Assembly (NCBI GenBank): GCA_023213395.1
Contig: CM041465.1
Coordinates: 41,857,741-41,921,740, forward strand
DNA: 64,000 nucleotides
Direction: 5' to 3'
Source: Cycas panzhihuaensis
Lineage: Eukaryota; Plantae; Cycadophyta
Positions 55,801 to 64,000 of this stretch are shown here, piece after piece. Within the stretch, counting starts at the first letter, position 1; each line of letters opens with the position of its first letter. The translations under genes and the position numbers were made by a program. Below the pieces are notes generated by a model that was not told the origin of the DNA, ran no database searches, and saw only the letters and a program-made list of their open reading frames with translations.

Positions 55801-58800
55801 GTTGTATGTGCAAATGATCTTGATTATTAATGCTCTAACATGATTAACTTTGTGTGTTTTGATTGTTGTGTATTCCAATGTCATGACTGATGCCATGAAA
55901 AGTGTGGCATACAAATTGTACAACCCGGCACAAAAGCACTTCAAGAATACAGCATACCATCATGGGCATTCCATTGAAATGAATCTCATAAAACATTCAT
56001 TCGTCTTTGTATAGTCTTTCCTTATATATGGTTGTATGTGCAAATGATCTTGATTATTAATGCTCTAACATGGTTAACTTTGTGTGTTTTGATTGTTGTG
56101 CATTCCAATATCATGATTGATGGCATGAAAAGTGTGACATACAAATTGTACAACCCGTCAAGCACTTCAAGAATATAGCATACCATCATGGGCATTCCAT
56201 TGAAATGAATCTCATAAAACATTCATTCACATCATAGGCTACTTATGCATAGTTATGTACATCCTTCAACCATGGTGCGGGCATTATCATTGTCAATAGT
56301 CTCGGGATTGATTATTTTGGTTAATCAACCATAGAACAAATGTGCATATTCAACGTAGTCCTATATGATTAATACTTTTGTTGAGGAAAATTGTTTTAGG
56401 GTGCTTGTTTGAGATCTACAATGATATGCATACACACACACACACATATATTGTAAAAAGGTTGTAACTTATAAAAAAGTATTGATGAAAAAGTTACAAC
56501 TTGAATTGGCTTTGTGATTGGACTTCAATGCTTGAATAATCGCATTTATGTTATATGGATAATCTTATTTATATTATATAGGTGGACACATCCTTCAAAT
56601 CATGGAAAAAGGAACGCTTTCAGAGACATTTTTCAGGGTAAAATATTAGCATTCCCAAATAAAATATTCTCTACAGCTCATTATTTTATTTAATTTTAAA
56701 AACTGGGATCAGCACCAAGTTGATGAAACACAAGAATTACATGATATGATACAAACTTGTAGATCTCCATCCTTTTTTTGAGATTTTTATTTAACAAAAC
56801 TGTTATGCTGACCCATGTATCCATATTAAGTAAAAGCAGGTAGTTTATTCAATGCACATCAAGTTGGATTTCGAACCATACTTCATCCTCAAAAAGAATT
56901 AAATTATTAATGCATCGCATTTAATATGTTCAGCTTGTCATTCGATCGAGAAAGGTTATCATACGATCAAAAGGTATATGCTTTGACACAAATACCCCTG
57001 GCAACGAATACATCAAAAAATATATGCCTATGAATCATGGAGCCCATGGAAATGAAAACTTGAGAAAAGCGTGATGAATCGAATGCCAAAGCGGAAGAAA
57101 ATGAATTGAAAAAATCGTTAACTTCACACACTAAAGCAGCCTATTTGGTGGAGCTTTATAGGAAAATCATACAGAAAAATCAACCTTTCAATTGCAATTC
57201 AGTTAAAATGAAGAGTCCTATTAGCGAGACGACAGAGACATCAGAAATGACAAGCAATGCTAGCTTGAGTGCTTGGTGCAGGAACCACATTAGCTGGTGC
57301 TCAGGATATCACTTAAAGGGTACTTAAGAACTTAATTAATAGTTAGGTATACAGACGACATATCCTACATGAAACACCTATGTGTCCTACATACAACAAA
57401 CTAAAATTTGTATAAATATGTAAGTCATTCTTTATAGAAATCAATAAAGGGATAAGTTATTCATTCTTCCTCTTACCTAACTTAAGTCTAAAATTCCTAT
57501 CTATGAACAAAACCTAAAGATACTTCCCTGCTTGAATTCTAAGAAAAAGAACTATCCACAAGTCTGAAAGCACATCATCGTGACTACTTTTATACCTCTA
57601 TGTTAAATTGTGATTGTTTTTTTGCATGATTGTCATGGCAGATTTTTATTACAAATACATAATACTACTTAACAAGGTTATTGATTGTTGAAAGGTCATA
57701 ACTCAAGGGATGCACCATTCCATAGCATGCAATTGTTGGAAATGAACAAGTAATCATGATCACACTGTGTTTGAAGTGAGAGCCAAGTCATTGTGTTGTA
57801 GTCTTTCCTCGCATATGGTTGTATGTGCAAATGATCTTGATTATTAATGCTCTAACATGATTAACTTTGTGTGTTTTGATTGTTGTGTATTCCAATGTCA
57901 TGACTGATGCCATGAAAAGTGTGGCATACAAATTGTACAACCCGGCACGAAAGCACTTCAAGAATACAGCATACCATCATGGGCATTCCATTGAAATGAA
58001 TCTCATAAAACATTCATTCAGTGCTGTATAGTCTTTCCTTATATATGGTTGTATGTGCAAATGATCTTGATTATTAATGCTCTAACATGGTTAACTTTGT
58101 GTGTTTTGATTGTTGTGCATTCCAATATCATGATTGATGGCATGAAAAGTGTGACATACAAATTGTACAACCCGTCACTGAAGCACTTCAAGAATATAGC
58201 ATACCATCATGGGCATTCCATTGAAATGAATCTCATAAAACATTCATTCACATCATAGGCTACTTATGCATAGTTATGTACATCCTTCAACCATGGTGCG
58301 GGCATTATCATTGTCAATAGTCTGGGATTGATTATTTTGGTTAATCAACCATAGAACAAATGTGCATATTCAACATAGTCCTATATGATTAATACTTTTG
58401 TTGAGGAAAATTGTTTTAGGGTGCTTGTTTGAGATCTACAATGATATGCATACACACACACACACATATATTGTAAAAAGGTTGTAACTTATAAAAAAAA
58501 GTATTGATGAAAAGGTTACAACTTGAATTGGCTTTGTGATTGGACTTCAATGCTTGAATAATCGCATTTATGTTATATGGATAATCTTATTTATATTATA
58601 TAGGTGGACACATCCTTCAAATCATGGAAAAAGGAACGCTTTCAGAGACATTTTTCAGGGTAAAATATTAGCATTCCCAAATAAAATATTCTCTACAGCT
58701 CATTATTTTATTTAATTTTAAAAACTGGGATCAGCACCAAGTTGATGAAACACAAGAATTACATGATATGATACAAACTTGTAGATCTCCATCCTTTTTT

Positions 58801-59340
58801 TGAGATTTTTATTTAACAAAACTGTTATGCTGACCCATGTATCCATATTAAGTAAAACAGGGTAGTTTATTCAATGCAGCATCAAGTTGGATTTCAGAAC
58901 CATACTTCATCCTCAGCAAAGAATTAAATTATTAATGCATCGCATTTAATATGTTCAGCTTGTCATTCAGTCAGAAAGGTTATCATACAGTCAAAAAGGT
59001 ATATGCTTTGACACAAATACCCCTGGCAACGAATACATCAAAAAATATATGCCTATGAATCATGGAGCCCATGGAAATGAAAACTTGAGAAAACGTGATG
59101 AATCAGAATGCCAAAACAGAAGAAAATGAATTGAAAAAATCGTTAACTTCACACACTAAAGCAGCCCTGCTGGTGGAGCTTTTATAGGAAAATCATACAG
59201 AAAAATCAACCTTTCAATTGCAATTCCAGATTAAAATGAAGAGTCCTATTAGCAGAGACGCTGACAGAGACACTGTAAAATGACAAGCAATGCTAGCTTG
59301 AGTGCTTGGTGCAGGAACCACATTAGCTGGTGCTGAGGAT
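52857..59340. repeat. ~2.02 kb tandem array (3 units plus the original gene segment): GDPDL 3' end, gypsy LTR half and flank
   Basis: Units start at 52857, 54876, 56885 and 58909. Each holds an internal ~230-bp tandem duplication (e.g. 53770-54225) and a short (CA)n tract. Confidence 0.92.
53552..54300 (+). pseudogene. Possible MULE/MuDR transposase remnant (SWIM-like region), split by the gypsy insertion (left part ~21330-21612)
   Basis: Weak motifs only: IPLC*IV...VMADFY, HTVFEVR, GCMCK, ATYA..VHP. Many stops. Confidence 0.3.
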
Positions 59341-62300
59341 GGTCCCGAAGCAGAAGCACTGGGAGATACTGATGGTAATGGAGGCTCGTATACTGGTCCT
59401 AACGCTGGAGCTGGAGGCAGTGCAGGTGGCTTTGGTGACAAGACGTCTAAGAGTGCCCCAGGAACAACAAGAAACATTGAATAATCATCCGGTTGCTGAG
59501 GTTGAAGACAAGCGTTGCCTGCATTAGAAACTTATAATTTAAGTCATAAATCATACAAGCTTGTTGGACAGAATTTTCATTTTTGGAAGAAGATACACAT
59601 ATATGCCAATATTCAACACAAGAACCATCAAATGGAAGGAATTAAAATGAAAAGCAAGCACAAATAAGATGATATAGCTCTTACCCAGATATGCTTTTGC
59701 AGTTGCTGGAAAGTCTGTCATAAGCCCATCTGCTTTAGAGACTTGTACAAAGGTATTGATTTCCATTGTTGGATCTGCTTGATAATCAAAGGCTAAACTA
59801 AGAAATTCATTCCTTAAACGAAAGATAAACACAGAGATATTCTGCAGCTGCAATTGATGGACAGCATCTGTCGTCTTTGCTAATAAGCTCTGGTCAGTGG
59901 AAAGAAATACAGCACTCCTGGACAATGTTACAGTGTCAGCAAATTCTTTAATCTGCTTAATGGATGAATTCGGGATGGTAATGTCAGCTTCATCAATTTC
60001 ATACACAAGCTTAAAGCTTGTCTTTTGCTGGAACTCCCGTAGCACAGCACTGTCATCAGACTGTATCCTAACTCTTTGTGTCATATTGTCATAGCCATTT
60101 TTTTTTAAGGAAGAAATGATAGCAGCCGTGATATCAAAAATCTGTGCAGATGCTAGATAACGTGCATACTGCAAACAAAAAATAAAAGGTGACAGGCTGG
60201 ACATTATTTCATTGCTTCCCTTATTTAAAAATTTACTGAATTATTTTATTCTAGATGCTAAATCTTTCTTTTCATACTATGATAAGCCATAAGATTTACC
60301 TGTACATTAATAAGGACACCAACATTTGCTTGACTCTTTGCAAGCTCCAGGAAATCAGTCAATGTCATGAATTTTCCCGCATTAGCATATGCAGGATTCC
60401 TATGAGTGCCATAAGCATCAAATGGACTATAAATCTTTGCTGCAACAGATACACAAATTCATATTGAAAGATTATATCAGTAACCTCCTAAACCAAATGA
60501 CAACAGAAATGAGATGCAATAATTGAAATCTATGGATTACTTATATAACAGCAGTGAATGTATTATAAGCTCCCTGACCAATATCAATAAAGTTATCACT
60601 TCTTGCAGGCCAAAAGGAAAGAAAAATTAACCACATTTAATTGGTAGGGAAAGAATTCAAATCATGGTATCATTGGCATGCATGCCAGGGCATTAGCTAG
60701 GGAGTAGTGCTGCAGCTCTTGGATGCAAGCATTTCAAGCAAATGTGGGCAGTGGAGATGCTATACATTAACTTGTGTGCAGCTCAAATTTGAAGACTTAC
60801 GCTTCAAGCTTTGAATTTCCTTCCATGTCAGGTTAAATGTAAAGACGCCTCCACCTTTTTGGATATCCGGTACTTTGGTCATTCGAGAAGGAAACAATGA
60901 TGAATCTGATACAACGGTTGTACTTATGAGGAGATCTATTGATTCCCTACAGATGAGGATACCATCTTTTGTCACCTGGACAGAGCAGCCAATATAATCA
61001 GCTCCATCTTTTATGGCGGCCTGGTAGGCAATATCTGTACAGCCTGGGTAATCTCCACTGGCTCCATTATGTGCAATAATAAGTGGTTTTCCTGGAAACT
61101 CAAGTCACAGTGTACATAATGTTACAGCCTATATAGAGTAATTCAAATCATCTATATCTATCAGAAGAGCTTTTCATAGAAGAGTTCAATAAATCACAGG
61201 CAAGCATGGAATAATCAAAGTTCAAAATGATACAGGATATGAGGCTAACTGAAACCTGGACTTGAGGATGCCCTGTTCCCGTTGTGTGCATAGCAAGCTG
61301 CATTATCGTTATTTCGAGCAAAACCGTTAAGAATCTCCATACACTTAAAGAGGTTTACTTAAAAAAATACACACACACATTTTTCAATTCACATCAACAG
61401 TTGAGCCTTCAAACGAAAAGAGGATGAACTGTAAACATTTCTTCCTAAATTTGAATGTTCATGCTATTAATATGTGAAAAAAGCATAAATCATCTGAAAT
61501 ACAGAATGTCCGTCCTACTCAGACTAATAACTCAAGATACTTTAGGCCCTTGCTTCATTTCTAGTTTACATAGAGAATTGAAATTGCCACACCGGTAGAC
61601 AGCCAAAAACAGAAGAAATGTGAACATGCATGTTCTCAGATTAGGAGAGATTAAATATCAAGAAAATCATACCTACTGCCTCTGACGCTGTCACAGAGAA
61701 ATCTGTTACAACACCATCAACTGCAAAATCGGCAGTGTCTACAAACTGTAGATACTCTCTTATAGGATCAAAGCTATAGTTGTAGCTCAAACCAATTGCA
61801 TCATTGGCAAAATCAGCAGCAAACACTTCGAGCCCTGCTGTGTGTGCATCTTGTACAAGGCTTGTATGAGGTTGTAAATATGAATCAGCACTAACAGGCC
61901 AAATGTAACTCTTTGGAACTAGGATTCCAGAAGCAAATGTCTTCACAAATGTCAAATTATTCAAGAGGGAACCATATGTTTCATTTGTTGATGGTTCAAT
62001 CTCATCTGCATCAAGGAACCTCAGTATTATCTTTGTCTTGCTTTTTCTGAATCCTGTTCCTATGCCCCTCAAAAATTCAACCTCTGGCGAAGAGATATAA
62101 TTCAACGGTACTACTTTGGATGTAGATCGCACATATGACGACATGCTTAAGTTGTGCTGCTCAAAAAACTTTGAATACTGCCACAAATGTCCACAACATA
62201 TCAGAATAAAATAGGCACCGAAAATGAATTTACAAAAATTTGCATGTTAATAGCAGAAATCATTCAACAAATTCTAAAACTGACTATTGAAAAATACCCT

Positions 62301-63323
62301 TTTAAGTTCCCAGATGCTAAAGAACAACAAAAGCGTCTCCAACTAAGAAACAGTATATTTCAAGTGAGAAGTATACACCTGTACATTCAACCAGATTGCA
62401 GCTGCACCAAATTGAGTTAGGTCACTAGGTGAAAGCACTGGGAAAGTATTATCAAATGCAGGAGTCCGAGATGGGTTAGATTGCCTTGCTGCAAAAAACA
62501 GAGGATTAGTACTCCTTTAAGAATTCAAACACTCAAAAAACACGAACAAGTAATTTCTGTATCAGAGGAGATATACTGAAATGTAAATGCCCCAGAAGCA
62601 ATTGTTGTATTACTTGAATGTTCTAGAAAACAAAAGTATGTCAATTATTTTGTGTGTGTTTCTTCAAAAGTACTTCTGGGCTCAACCACAGCAGCGTAAA
62701 TGTTCATATAGCATTCCTCCAAATGCCTGTGCAGACTCCGGCCAATACTCAAAGCAAGCCATGTCTAAAATGCTTTATCGGGGTATAAGTTGTGTGCAAT
62801 CAACAGTTTCTAACATGGAAATAGTAGTTTAGAGTAGAATAGTTATTCTAATGTAGTAACATATAGCCAATGACCCAGCAATACCATACTACAGTGGGGT
62901 TGGATACTCACGGTTCACAATCCACATACACAGCTACCTGCAAGGAACCTGACGGTGTAACATGCAGTCATAAAATTATTCAGAAAAAAGGTCATGAGCT
63001 GCCGTTTCTGTTCAACTCACCTGTAACTGTATTATTACCAAATATTTGGTCAGCGGTGAAGTCAATAGAAAACCATCCAGTAACATCATGACCGTTGACA
63101 AGATAAGATCTACTGTGATTTGGATAAATTTCTGCAATGTCTGTACTGTTGTCCAGTGCTAATCCTGTCCGGCATAATCCTTTCCCATCTTTTGTTAATT
63201 GTAAGTCGCAGAAGATTATAGTATCCAGCAAGCTGTTATTAACTGCCAGAATATAAGCAGCAGCTGTCTGGTCAGGAAAAACCCCTGAGAGTCCGCCATG
63301 AGCTATGACCAGCGGTGCACTAC
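59214..63323 (-). CDS. GDPDL: GPI-anchored glycerophosphodiester phosphodiesterase-like protein (SHV3/GDPDL family, two GDPD domains), 5'-partial
   Basis: GT-AG exons 63323-63021, 62488-62379, 62177-61673, 61297-61256, 61091-60801, 60439-60300, 60168-59685 and 59518-59214 splice into one open frame (~725 codons). Motifs [59 protein letters not shown]; Pro-rich linker and hydrophobic C-terminal GPI signal. Confidence 0.93.
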
Positions 63324-64000
63324 CTGCACAGTGGAGGAAAAAAATCAATCTTTGTATGATGTCAAAACTTTCAAACACAACATACAAAACATTAAACAAA
63401 CAAATAAATAAATGTCATCGACCAAAACAAGAAGATGAGCATGCATAAGAACACACCCAAATCAATTATGGTAACAAAATTACAAACCAAGATGCGGAAA
63501 TCTGGAAATAGTAGTTTCACAAAAAAGGACAGCAATGCACATAATTTGCAGAAAAAGTTTTGATCCGACTCCATCACCAATTTTTTTTTATACTTCCTTT
63601 TTTCGTTGTTGTTGAAATAAAGTAATTCTATTAATTGAAAATATTACACACAGCAACAACAAAAATAAGGGAGAATAAATGTCAATCCCCTCCATGCCTG
63701 CAGATAAGTCATCAAGAGTCAAAATGAAACTACCGACTCTAGAGAGTTGGCAAATACTTAGCAAAGAAGGAAGCTTGGTCACTAAAAGCAGTATGCCATA
63801 CAGCTTGTAGCCAGACAAGGCAGAGTACAAATATTAGTATGCAGAGGTCGGGTCGCCACAGTTATCATCACCCTTATCTTGGTGATCTTCTCTTCGGCAT
63901 TATCCTTTGCACAAGTATTGGGCCTACACCACTGAGCTTGAGAAACTGTTGCCTATTCTGTTGTTCCTCTCCCTGTTGCGAGAGTTGACTGGCATAGGGC

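Noticed and set aside
58909-59340. MITE inside the GDPDL gene
   Set aside because: One inverted-repeat arm is in-frame coding sequence, and there is no TSD at the gene locus.
59302-63830. Short + strand and intronic ORFs over GDPDL
   Set aside because: Antisense shadows or intron read-through of the real exons.

Overview
AT-rich plant nuclear DNA, probably from a gymnosperm with flagellate sperm (cycad/Ginkgo-like). This is inferred from an axonemal dynein fragment and the nested-LTR landscape; a fern is not excluded. About 1-53.5 kb is a stack of decayed LTR retrotransposons: several Ty1/copia elements, non-autonomous gag-only or non-coding LTR elements, and a ~32 kb CRM-like Ty3/gypsy (21613-53551) hosting six nested insertions, most with recognisable target-site duplications. 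The only intact host gene is a GPI-anchored GDPD-like (SHV3/GDPDL-type) gene on the minus strand (8 exons visible, 63323-59214; first exon outside the window). Its last 432 bp were copied into the gypsy 3' LTR and then amplified as a ~2 kb tandem array. The main observation is a 5.6 kb gag-only LTR element (28600-34197) whose leader holds a ~1.55 kb chain of cellular RNA fragments. These are an intron-containing pre-tRNA-Met, SEC O-GlcNAc transferase, VAC14 with exons in back-spliced (circRNA-like) order, SERINC, and a DNAH10-type dynein heavy chain. Three consecutive junctions carry ATGTAAT, the unit of an adjacent tandem array. All homology calls come from recalled protein and RNA motifs read by eye, not from database searches.
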